From: Syntrophales bacterium
Lineage (GTDB): Bacteria; Desulfobacterota; Syntrophia; Syntrophales; UBA6807
DNA: 64,000 nucleotides
Direction: 5' to 3'
NCBI GenBank assembly: GCA_040767195.1
Contig: JAXGPA010000001.1
Location: 448,001-512,000, forward strand
The translations under genes were made by a program, and so were the position numbers. The notes under the pieces are model-generated. The model saw only the letters and a list, made by a program, of their open reading frames with translations. It ran no database searches and was not told the DNA's origin. Below, one piece after another: positions 9,876-17,646 of the stretch (positions are counted from its first letter, which is position 1; every line of letters starts with the position of its first letter).

Positions 9876-10604
9876 TCAGGCCCCCAGGGGGATGAAGACG
9901 GCGGTCATGAACGGGAAGGGACGGTCCTGGTCTGTCCTGTTAACAAGCCAAAGTTCTACGGTGATCCGGTCGGGAACTTTGCCCGACATGGCCGCCTCCT
10001 GGGACAGGGAATCCCAGTCCTCGTATTCCGATCCTTCCCGGTAAAAGCGGAAAATCATGGACTTGACGGACTCGCAAAGAACAAACCCGCCTTTTTCCCC
10101 GTCCCGGGCGGTCACATCCAGGGAGGCCTCGTCCCGATAGGGAACCTCCTGCCGGACCAGGGCATATCCGGCATCATCCCCATCGCTCTCGGACTTTTCC
10201 CGCAGAAAATAGTCGATCCGGGAGAGGCCGGAGGCCGATTCCCTGAGGAAAGGAACGGTGGATCGCGAGAGAAAAGAGATGTCCCGGCCCGCTTCAGGAT
10301 ACTTTCCCTCCCGGGAGACAAGGAAAAAGGACCCTTCCGCCATTCCCAGGGAAGCGAGATCCGTGGCGAGGGTGTCCAGGGTGTCCCGGGCCATTCGATA
10401 GACCCGGTCCTCGGTAACGACGGCGTTCACGATTTTTTCCGTCCCGCCGAAAGCCCCGTAGACAAGGGCAGTGACGACGGCGAGGAGGGTGACGGCAAGA
10501 AGGATCTCCAAGAGAGTGAACCCGGCGGCGGAAGCGACCCGGCCCCGCCGGACGGGGTGGACGCCAGGGGAAAAGCGCGATTTTTTCATGTGCTGGCGCC
10601 TCAT
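9876..10604 (-). CDS. gspJ: Minor pseudopilin GspJ
   Basis: Prepilin cleavage site AGFTLLEILLAV; lies between gspI and gspK. Confidence 0.85.
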   Translation of the reverse strand: MRRQHMKKSRFSPGVHPVRRGRVASAAGFTLLEILLAVTLLAVVTALVYGAFGGTEKIVNAVVTEDRVYRMARDTLDTLATDLASLGMAEGSFFLVSREGKYPEAGRDISFLSRSTVPFLRESASGLSRIDYFLREKSESDGDDAGYALVRQEVPYRDEASLDVTARDGEKGGFVLCESVKSMIFRFYREGSEYEDWDSLSQEAAMSGKVPDRITVELWLVNRTDQDRPFPFMTAVFIPLGA

Positions 10605-10963
10605 GACCCCTCGTATCGATATAATTCCAGAAGGTAAGGAGCGAAGGCGCCTCCTTCCTTGCCCACCGTGACGGTCACTTTTTTGATTCCCGTTATTTCC
10701 GTCTGCTCAACGGTCGTCTCCCAGTAAAAGTCTTCGAAAGGAACCTCCCAGGATCCTGATTCCGGCGCACCCGCTTCTCCCTGGCCGGACTCGAGGCCCA
10801 CCATCTTTTCCCGGGCGAGGAAAGCCACATGGGTCAGGTACCGGGCCTCCTCGCCCATGGACACGCTCTGGGCCTGGTTCCGAAAGGCGGCGACCAGGAC
10901 CAGGGCAAGAATGGAAAGGGCGATCATGATCTCCAGGAACGTAAATCCCACCGGCCGATTCAT
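10601..10963 (-). CDS. gspI: Minor pseudopilin GspI
   Basis: GFTFLEIMIALSIL prepilin motif; 120 aa. Confidence 0.85.
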   Translation of the reverse strand: MNRPVGFTFLEIMIALSILALVLVAAFRNQAQSVSMGEEARYLTHVAFLAREKMVGLESGQGEAGAPESGSWEVPFEDFYWETTVEQTEITGIKKVTVTVGKEGGAFAPYLLELYRYEGS

Positions 10964-11847
10964 GGCATGATTTCGATACGGTATTTCTCTTTCAGCTTTT
11001 CAAAGGCTTTTTCGATACATTCTCTTTGTTTTTCCTGGATCATCATGGCCCTTATTCTCGGGGCGGCGGCGCTCAGTTCCTGTGTTTCTCCGGGCCGGCG
11101 ATCCTCGACCTGGATGATGTGAAAACCGTGGATGGTCCGGACGGGGTCGCTGGTCTCCCCCTTTTTCATGGAAAAGGCGGCATCGGAAAAGGGTTTTTCC
11201 ATCCTTTCGGGGGTAAAATATCCCAGGTCCCCTCCCTTGTACTTGGTAGCCGGGTCATCGGAAAAATCACGGGCCAGCTTCCAGAAGCTCTCTCCCGAGT
11301 CGACTTGTTTTCGGACCGTCTTCGCCTTCTCCAGGGCCTGGTTGACGGCGTCCTCTCCGGCGCCTTCAGGGACCTGGATCAGGATGTGGCGGGCCCGAAC
11401 CGCATCTCCCTTCCGGAACATCCCCTCATGGGTCTTATAAAAAGCTTCTATCTCCTCCGGCGGGGGATCGGGCGGGGTCGGGCAGACTTTCTGAAGATAC
11501 GCTTGGGACAGGATGCCTTTGGCGGCGTCGTCCAGCTTCTTTTTCACCTCTTCCGCCTCGTCCATTTTCTCGTCCCGGGCGGCCAGGGAGAAGGCCTCCA
11601 TCTGAACAATCCGCTCCATGAAAGATTTGCGATGAACCGGATTCTGAAGTATGTTTCTATATTCCACGGGAAGCCCCTGGATCTGGGCATCCAGGTCCTT
11701 TTCCGTGAACACTTTGTCCCCGATTCTGGCCAGGACGGCAGTTTCCTTCGTCTCCGGCGATTCAGCCGGTCCCGCGGCAAGGGCCGCCGAAGCGGCGATG
11801 AAAATCACTAAAACAAAAAACAGGTCCTTTCTGATGATGAATGTCAT
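10960..11847 (-). CDS. Periplasmic PpiC/parvulin-type peptidyl-prolyl isomerase (PrsA/SurA-like)
   Basis: Signal peptide; VRARHILI, FWKLARDFSDDPATKYKGGDLGYF, FSDAAFSM and PVRTIHGFHII motifs. Confidence 0.9.
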   Translation of the reverse strand: MTFIIRKDLFFVLVIFIAASAALAAGPAESPETKETAVLARIGDKVFTEKDLDAQIQGLPVEYRNILQNPVHRKSFMERIVQMEAFSLAARDEKMDEAEEVKKKLDDAAKGILSQAYLQKVCPTPPDPPPEEIEAFYKTHEGMFRKGDAVRARHILIQVPEGAGEDAVNQALEKAKTVRKQVDSGESFWKLARDFSDDPATKYKGGDLGYFTPERMEKPFSDAAFSMKKGETSDPVRTIHGFHIIQVEDRRPGETQELSAAAPRIRAMMIQEKQRECIEKAFEKLKEKYRIEIMP

Positions 11848-11859
11848 TCCGATCTCCTT

Positions 11860-12390
11860 TCAGGAAAAGTTTCCCGAGCCCGTTTCGACTTCCGATTCTT
11901 CATAAGACACATAGCGCTCAAAAACGCGCAAATTTCCTAAAAACGGTTCCAGGACCAGGGACAGGTCCCGATCTTTTTCCTGGAGGTGAAAAACGGACGG
12001 GACAGCCGTCCCGTCCTTGAAGAAGAGAACTTCCGCCTCTCCTTCGATGATTTTCCCGCCGCCACGGAATTCCAGGTCCCGGACCGTCACGCCGTGAGGC
12101 AGAGGCCAGGCCTTTTTCCAGGCTCTTTCCCGGGCTTCCGGGGAGTCTTCTTTCCGGTAAACGGCCACCTTGCCCTCATTCAGGTTCAAAGACAGGACCT
12201 GGTCGGCATACTCCCGGACGGCCTGGTACCGGAGTTCCCGGGACAGACCGGCCATGTGCCGCCGCGCTTCGCCGAGGCCGTCACCGGAGAGCCACCCCTG
12301 AAAGGCTGGAAAAGCCACGAAAAAGGCCAGCCCCACGATCCAGACGACGATAACGAGTTCCAGGAGCGTGAACCCTTTTTCAGTCCACAT
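11860..12390 (-). CDS. gspH: Minor pseudopilin GspH
   Basis: MWTEKGFTLLELVIVV prepilin motif and FFKDGT motif; its start overlaps the gspG end. Confidence 0.8.
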   Translation of the reverse strand: MWTEKGFTLLELVIVVWIVGLAFFVAFPAFQGWLSGDGLGEARRHMAGLSRELRYQAVREYADQVLSLNLNEGKVAVYRKEDSPEARERAWKKAWPLPHGVTVRDLEFRGGGKIIEGEAEVLFFKDGTAVPSVFHLQEKDRDLSLVLEPFLGNLRVFERYVSYEESEVETGSGNFS

Positions 12391-12820
12391 CGTGATTGGT
12401 GATGTCCCTGTTCTTTCCTTCTCCACCTGGTTCCCCGTCGGCGCCATAGGAAATGAGGTCGTATTCTTCCTCGATACCGGGGCAGAGGTACACGTATTCA
12501 TTGCCCCATGGGTCTTTGGGGATTCTTCCCTTGTCCAGATAGCCCCCCTGGCGCCAGTTTCTCGGAAGGTCCCCCACGGAAGGCGGTTCCACGAGGGCTT
12601 GGAGCCCCTGTTCCGTGGACGGGTAATCCCCGTTGTCGAGCCGGTAAAGTTTCAGCGCCGTGTCGAGACTTTCCAGCTGGATCCGGGCCTTCGCCTGCCG
12701 GGCCTCCTCCGGGCGCCCCATGATCCGGGGAACGATGAGCCCGGCCAGAATTCCGAGAATGACGACCACCACCATGAGTTCTATGAGGGTGAAACCCCCG
12801 CTCTTTCGAATCGATGCCAT
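12380..12820 (-). CDS. gspG: Major pseudopilin GspG
   Basis: GGFTLIELMVVVVILGILAGLIVP, YPSTEQGLQALV, PKDPWGNEY and SYGADG motifs. Confidence 0.95.
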   Translation of the reverse strand: MASIRKSGGFTLIELMVVVVILGILAGLIVPRIMGRPEEARQAKARIQLESLDTALKLYRLDNGDYPSTEQGLQALVEPPSVGDLPRNWRQGGYLDKGRIPKDPWGNEYVYLCPGIEEEYDLISYGADGEPGGEGKNRDITNHDVD

Positions 12821-12901
12821 GCCTTTCCTCACCTCGTTTCCCTCCGTGTCTTCACCTGCCGAGTCCCGTCTCCACGGGCCGGCGGTCACGGACGGGACAT
12901 T

Positions 12902-14128
12902 TTAACGGATTAACTGGTTCATTTCAAATATGGGCAATAAAATCGAAACGACGATAAACGCCACCAGGAGGCCCATGACGAGGATCATCACCGGCTCGAG
13001 AAGAGACGTCAGGACCACGAGCCTCGACGCGGCTTCGTCCTCGTAGCTCCGGGAAACCTTGAGGAGCATGTTTTCCAGGGCCCCGCTCTGTTCCCCTACG
13101 GAAATCATCTGGATAACGAAGGGAGGGAAGAGGTCGCTTCCCGACAGGGTGTCCGCCAGGGTCCGGCCCTCGGCCAACTCGGTACCCGCCCTCTCGATCA
13201 ACGACGCCATGGGACGGTTGTGAACCACCCGTCTCGATATTTCCAGGGCCGTCAGAAGGGGCACGCCGCTCTGAAGGAGTGTCCCCAGGGTATGGGCGAA
13301 CCGGGCCAGGAGGACCTTGTGAAAGACCGTCCCCGCCAGGGGTACTTTCAATTTCAGGCGGTCCATGAAAAAGGCCCATTTTTCCGATCTTCGAACACCG
13401 AGGCGAAGGGCGATGTAAACAAAGGCCGCGACAAGAGCCATGGCCCACCAGTAAGAGCGGACTGTTTCGGAAACACCGAGGAGAATCTCCGTGATGAGGG
13501 GAAGATCCTGGTTCACCTCTTCGAAGATGCTTGTAATTTTCGGTATGATGACCGTCGTGAGAAAAAAGAGGACCAGCGCTCCCACGAAAAACATGAAAAA
13601 CGGATAGGCGAGAGAGGCCGTTATTTTTCCCCGGAGGGCCTGCTGCATCTCCGTGTAGTCGGCCACCCGTTCGAGGACGAGGTGAAGGGTCCCCGACGTT
13701 TCACCGGCCCTCACCATGTTGACGTAGAAGGGGGAGAAGACACGGGGGTAGCCGGCCAGGCTGCCGGCAAAACTCTCCCCTTCATTGATCTGCTCCCGGA
13801 GCTCCGCGAGGATCTTCTTCAGCCTCGGGTTGGCCGTCTGGTCGAGGAGGGAAGACAAAGCCGGGACCAGGGGAAGCCCCGCTCCCAGGAGCGTGGCCAG
13901 CTCCCGGGTCATGGCGGAAACGTCCCGGTGACTGGCGCCCCTTAACCGGAAGCGGCCCAAAAAAACCTTTCCCCCGGGGGCTTCTTTTTCCGTCGTTTCC
14001 TTGATCTCAACGGGATAGTGCCCCCTTTCCCGAAGCTTTCCCTTTACCGCGGCCAGGCTTTCCGCGTCGAGGATCCCTTTTCGCTTCCGGCCCTTACCGT
14101 CGAAAGCCTCGTACTCAAAAACAGGCAT
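12902..14128 (-). CDS. gspF: Type II secretion inner-membrane platform protein GspF
   Basis: ELATLLGAGLPL, MVRAGETSGTL, MISVGEQSGAL and LLEPVMIL...ILLPIF motifs. Confidence 0.95.
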   Translation of the reverse strand: MPVFEYEAFDGKGRKRKGILDAESLAAVKGKLRERGHYPVEIKETTEKEAPGGKVFLGRFRLRGASHRDVSAMTRELATLLGAGLPLVPALSSLLDQTANPRLKKILAELREQINEGESFAGSLAGYPRVFSPFYVNMVRAGETSGTLHLVLERVADYTEMQQALRGKITASLAYPFFMFFVGALVLFFLTTVIIPKITSIFEEVNQDLPLITEILLGVSETVRSYWWAMALVAAFVYIALRLGVRRSEKWAFFMDRLKLKVPLAGTVFHKVLLARFAHTLGTLLQSGVPLLTALEISRRVVHNRPMASLIERAGTELAEGRTLADTLSGSDLFPPFVIQMISVGEQSGALENMLLKVSRSYEDEAASRLVVLTSLLEPVMILVMGLLVAFIVVSILLPIFEMNQLIR

Positions 14129-14131
14129 AAA

Positions 14132-14153
14132 AAAAGGGGACAGATTTATTTTT
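14132..14153 (+). repeat. REP-like repeat copy AAAAGGGGACAGATTTATTTTT, left of the RAYT remnant
   Basis: Identical to the copy at 40574-40595 and one mismatch from 42093-42114. Confidence 0.85.
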
Positions 14154-14196
14154 TTTATCTATTGATATTTGGATATTCATTCGTTACAAGGGTTTC

Positions 14197-14515
14197 ATGC
14201 CAAGAACATGACGGATTATCATCGCCAACTACCCTCATCATATAATACAGCGCGGCCACAACAGGCAAGCCGTTTTCACCTCCGAAGGCGATTTCCTGTA
14301 TTATCTCGCCACGCTTCAGGAATGGAAAGATATTTATGATTGCAGGATTTATGCCTACTGCCTGATGGCAAATCACGTTCACCTTGTCATCGAGCCCGGA
14401 GAAAATGAACGTGATCTTTCTTGACTCATGAAACGAGTCGCCGGTCGTCAGACACGATACGTGAACAGGCGACACAACCGATCGGGGACCCTGTGGGAAG
14501 GTCGCTTCAAATTTT
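14197..14515 (+). pseudogene. Truncated REP-associated tyrosine transposase (RAYT; Y1/HUH, IS200-like superfamily)
   Basis: Manual translation from ATG 14197: MPRT*RIIIANYPHHIIQRGHNRQAVF...IYAYCLMANHVHLVIEP...DLS*LMKRVAGRQTRYVNRRHNRSGTLWEGRFK. HUH motif NHVHL; in-frame TGA at 14209 and 14422; similarity ends at a T-rich repeat. Locally AT-richer than the flanks. Confidence 0.88.
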
Positions 14516-14537
14516 CCCTTTTTTGTCCCTTTTTTTC

Positions 14538-15194
14538 TCAGCGGCTTATGGTGACGCCGACGCGGTCGCATGACGCTGCCACGGGGCAACGGCTGCACAG
14601 GGGGGAGACGGGTTTGCAGATTTTTTTGCCGAAAGCCACGAGGAGGGTGTTGTAGGCGGACCACTCGTCCCGGGGCAGTTTCTTTCTCAAGGCCCGTTCC
14701 GTTTCATCCGGGGTTTTCGTTGAGACGTACCCAAACCGGTTGGAAATGCGGTGAACATGCGTGTCCACGCAGATGCCCGGCTTTCCGAAGGCCATGGTAA
14801 TGACGAGATTGGCCGTCTTTCTCCCCACGCCTTTCAGTGCCAGGAGTTCCTCCAGGGTCCGGGGAACCCGGCCCCCGTGTTTTTTCAGGAGTTCGCGACT
14901 CACGTGGAGGACCGTCTTCGCCTTGGTCCGGTAGAACCCGACGGGAAAGATGATATGGGCGATCCGCTCTTCCGGGAGCGCGACCATTTCCGCCGGGGTG
15001 GCGGCCAGGGCGAAAAGCCGGTCCGCCGCCGCCCCCGTCACCTCGTCCTTGGTCCGAAGGCTGAGAAGAGTGGACACCAGGATCCGGTAAGGATCCCGGT
15101 CCGTCTTCACCATGTCCGCCACGAGAGGGAGGTCTTCCTCACCCAGTTCTTCTCTTAGGGTGGCCAGAACGGAAACGAGCGTTTCCGTTTTCAA
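14538..15194 (-). CDS. nth: Endonuclease III (HhH-GPD, 4Fe-4S)
   Basis: LLSLRTKD, LKGVGRKTAN HhH, VDTHVHRISNR and CKPVSPLCSRCPVAASC Fe-S motif. Confidence 0.93.
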   Translation of the reverse strand: MKTETLVSVLATLREELGEEDLPLVADMVKTDRDPYRILVSTLLSLRTKDEVTGAAADRLFALAATPAEMVALPEERIAHIIFPVGFYRTKAKTVLHVSRELLKKHGGRVPRTLEELLALKGVGRKTANLVITMAFGKPGICVDTHVHRISNRFGYVSTKTPDETERALRKKLPRDEWSAYNTLLVAFGKKICKPVSPLCSRCPVAASCDRVGVTISR

Positions 15195-15196
15195 CG

Positions 15197-16045
15197 CTAT
15201 TCGTATCCTTCCTCGTTAGCCAGGATATCCAGGTGGATGGTGGCGAAATCCTCCACGTCCAGGCAGGCGGCCCGGTCCATCTTCCGGAAATCGACGGTCT
15301 TGATGTACCGGTTACAGTTGTTGCACACATCCACCCGGTACTGTTCCTCGCCCTCGACGGTGAAATAGGCCAGGGAGTCCTGATCGTCGTTCCCGCAGAA
15401 GGGACAGCGGATTCGGTTGAAAGACCACTCGTAACCGCACTGGTTGCAGAAGAGAAAGCGCCTTCCTTCTTCCTCGCGAATTTCAGCGATCTTGGGCTCC
15501 CGCCCGCATATGGGGCAAAACCCCTCGTTCCAGGGTGTCTTCTTCAGAAGGGGGGCGTAGATTTCCGCCACTCTTTCCAGGGAAGGCCGGAGGCTTTCCT
15601 CGATAAAGAGGCTGAGGAGATCGAACACATCCCCGCTCTCTTCATCATCCTCGTCTTTGTCACCGGCCGTTTCGTCACCGGCTTCGGAAAAGGACTCCCG
15701 GACGACTTTCTCGTAGGAGAGCGCCCCCGTTTCCAGCTCCTCGAGGATGCGATCCACCTCTTCCGGTGACTTCTTCCGGCCGATTTCCAGGAGATCCCGG
15801 AAATACGCTTCCGGTTCCTCCAGGTGTAGAACGCCGCCGGAGAAATCGACAAGGGGAAAGCCGCCGCCGATTTTCCGTTCCGCTATCTTTTCCTCCATGG
15901 AAACCAGGGAGGCCCCGGACAGTCGTCGCTTTTCTTCCCGAAGAATAAGGATGTCCTGAAGGATGTCGAGGAGTTCCCCGTAATGGGGCTGTTCGCTTTT
16001 GTAATGCTCTATGGTTTTCAGTGATTGTTTCAATATGGCTGCCAT
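15197..16045 (-). CDS. fdhE: Formate dehydrogenase accessory protein FdhE
   Basis: Four CxxC pairs (CPICG, CNQC, CPFCGN, CNNC), YIKTVD and LDILANEEGY; downstream of the fdh genes. Confidence 0.9.
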   Translation of the reverse strand: MAAILKQSLKTIEHYKSEQPHYGELLDILQDILILREEKRRLSGASLVSMEEKIAERKIGGGFPLVDFSGGVLHLEEPEAYFRDLLEIGRKKSPEEVDRILEELETGALSYEKVVRESFSEAGDETAGDKDEDDEESGDVFDLLSLFIEESLRPSLERVAEIYAPLLKKTPWNEGFCPICGREPKIAEIREEEGRRFLFCNQCGYEWSFNRIRCPFCGNDDQDSLAYFTVEGEEQYRVDVCNNCNRYIKTVDFRKMDRAACLDVEDFATIHLDILANEEGYE

Positions 16046-16126
16046 GAAAAAGTCGACCTCTTTTTTATTGACCCCAAACCGGGATCCGAATCTCGTCATA
16101 AATCATTCCGGTCCATTCGGCAAGGT

Positions 16127-16164
16127 AAAAAAAGGACCCGCCCCGGTGAGCGGGACGGGTCCTT
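16127..16164 (-). terminator. Rho-independent terminator after the FDH structural genes
   Basis: Minus strand reads AAGGACCCGUCCCG-CUCAC-CGGGGCGGGUCCUU followed by a U-run. Confidence 0.8.
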
Positions 16165-16186
16165 CACTGTCAGGCTGTGTCAATGT

Positions 16187-16855
16187 TCAGTGAGAAGGGG
16201 CTGTCTTCTCTTCTCCGTATACTTCGAGCTTTCCTTCCTCTTCCATCTCACGGAGCCACTTGGGGCACTGCTTCTCGCACCAGGCCCGGGTCACGTACCC
16301 CGTCACGATGGCCGGGAACGAACCGGGAACACCGATCGTCCCAAGGTACAGGTGAATGAAAAAGAACGGAAACAAAACAACGAAACCCAGGGCATGGAGG
16401 AAATACATGAGCCGAACCGTGCCCACCGAAAAGGACAGGGGAAACCACATGATGAGACCGCTCACCACCATGACGATACCGAACCCCGCCACGGCCAGAA
16501 AAAACGCCTTCTGACCGGGATTGTACTTCCCCGTCTCCGGGGGATGCTCCACGTGCCACAAATACCCGCCGGCGCACTTGATCCACTCCAGATCATCGGG
16601 AAAATCGAAAATCGCCGCCTCGCGCCACCAGATGAGTATCCCGAAAAAAAGCGCCGGGGCGAAAACCAGGCCCGAAAAATTGTGGATCAGCTTCAGGTTC
16701 TTCAAACCCCCAACGGGTATCGCCAGAAAATTCAGGGAATGGAACATCATCCCCAAACCCGAAACAGCCAGGATCAGAAAGGAGCCGGCAAGGCACCAGT
16801 GGACGATCCTCTCGAAACCATCAGATACTTTGATCATTCCTTTTTTCGGTATCAT
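16187..16855 (-). CDS. fdnI: Formate dehydrogenase gamma subunit (cytochrome b556, FdnI/FdhC-like)
   Basis: ERIVHW, LIHNFSG, GKYNPGQK, FLHA and IHLY heme-ligand pattern with four TM helices. ATG 1 nt after the beta-subunit stop. Confidence 0.9.
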   Translation of the reverse strand: MIPKKGMIKVSDGFERIVHWCLAGSFLILAVSGLGMMFHSLNFLAIPVGGLKNLKLIHNFSGLVFAPALFFGILIWWREAAIFDFPDDLEWIKCAGGYLWHVEHPPETGKYNPGQKAFFLAVAGFGIVMVVSGLIMWFPLSFSVGTVRLMYFLHALGFVVLFPFFFIHLYLGTIGVPGSFPAIVTGYVTRAWCEKQCPKWLREMEEEGKLEVYGEEKTAPSH

Positions 16856-16856
16856 C

Positions 16857-17645
16857 TTACTCACCTCCTCCCTGGCCGGCTTCTCCGCCGCTCGTGTCCT
16901 TCGGCCCGTGCAGAATGTAGTGCAGGAACGACCCGACCAGGACACCGCCCGTCGCCAGGAGGCTCAGAGGCTTCAACCAGTCCTTCCAGGCGACGACCGT
17001 CAGGGGAACTTTCGGCTTCTCGGGAAGCTTGGCGTACACGGAAGCCTTTTCGGGCAGTATGTAAACGAAGTGGGTTCCTCCCACGAACTTGTCCCCGTAG
17101 ACACTGGCATCGCCGCCCAGTTCCTTCGCCCGTGCCGCGGCCACCTGGAGCATCTTCTTCTTTTCTCCGAAAAGGAGTGCGCCCGTGGGGCAGGCCTTGA
17201 CACAGGCCGGGATCATGTTGTTCTCGATCCGGGACAGGCACATGTCGCACTTGGCCACCTTGTCCGTCGCCGGGTCGTACTTGGGCACCTCGAAGGGACA
17301 GGCGAAGATGCACTCCTTGCACCCGATGCACTTGTCCCGGTCGAGGCCGACCGTTCCGTATTTCGTGTAGTAAAGGGCGCCGCTGGGACAGACGGTGACG
17401 CAGCCCGCGTCGGTGCAGTGCATGCAGGCTTCGTTCCGGAAAAACCACTTGACGCCGTTTCCGTTTGACGTTTCCTGGAACCGCATGAGCATCCAGGTGT
17501 TGGGCTGAAGTTCCGGCGGGTTCTGGTAGGTACCGGTGTTTTCCGTCTGTTTCGCGGGGAGCTGATTCCACTGCTTGCAGGCAAGCTGGCATCCCCGACA
17601 GCCGGTGCATTTCGAACCATCATAGAGTTTAACGTATTCCGCCAT
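16857..17645 (-). CDS. fdnH: Formate dehydrogenase beta subunit (4x[4Fe-4S]) with C-terminal TM helix
   Basis: CTGCRGCQLAC, CMHCTDAGCVTVCP, CIGCKECIFACPF and KCDMC...PACVKACP. Confidence 0.93.
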   Translation of the reverse strand: MAEYVKLYDGSKCTGCRGCQLACKQWNQLPAKQTENTGTYQNPPELQPNTWMLMRFQETSNGNGVKWFFRNEACMHCTDAGCVTVCPSGALYYTKYGTVGLDRDKCIGCKECIFACPFEVPKYDPATDKVAKCDMCLSRIENNMIPACVKACPTGALLFGEKKKMLQVAAARAKELGGDASVYGDKFVGGTHFVYILPEKASVYAKLPEKPKVPLTVVAWKDWLKPLSLLATGGVLVGSFLHYILHGPKDTSGGEAGQGGGE

Positions 17646-17646
17646 G

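Noticed and set aside
14209..14424. The two in-frame TGAs of the RAYT frame as selenocysteine codons
   Set aside because: They are not at plausible Cys positions (likely GGA/CGA to TGA changes) and the gene is also truncated, so pseudogenisation is the simpler explanation.
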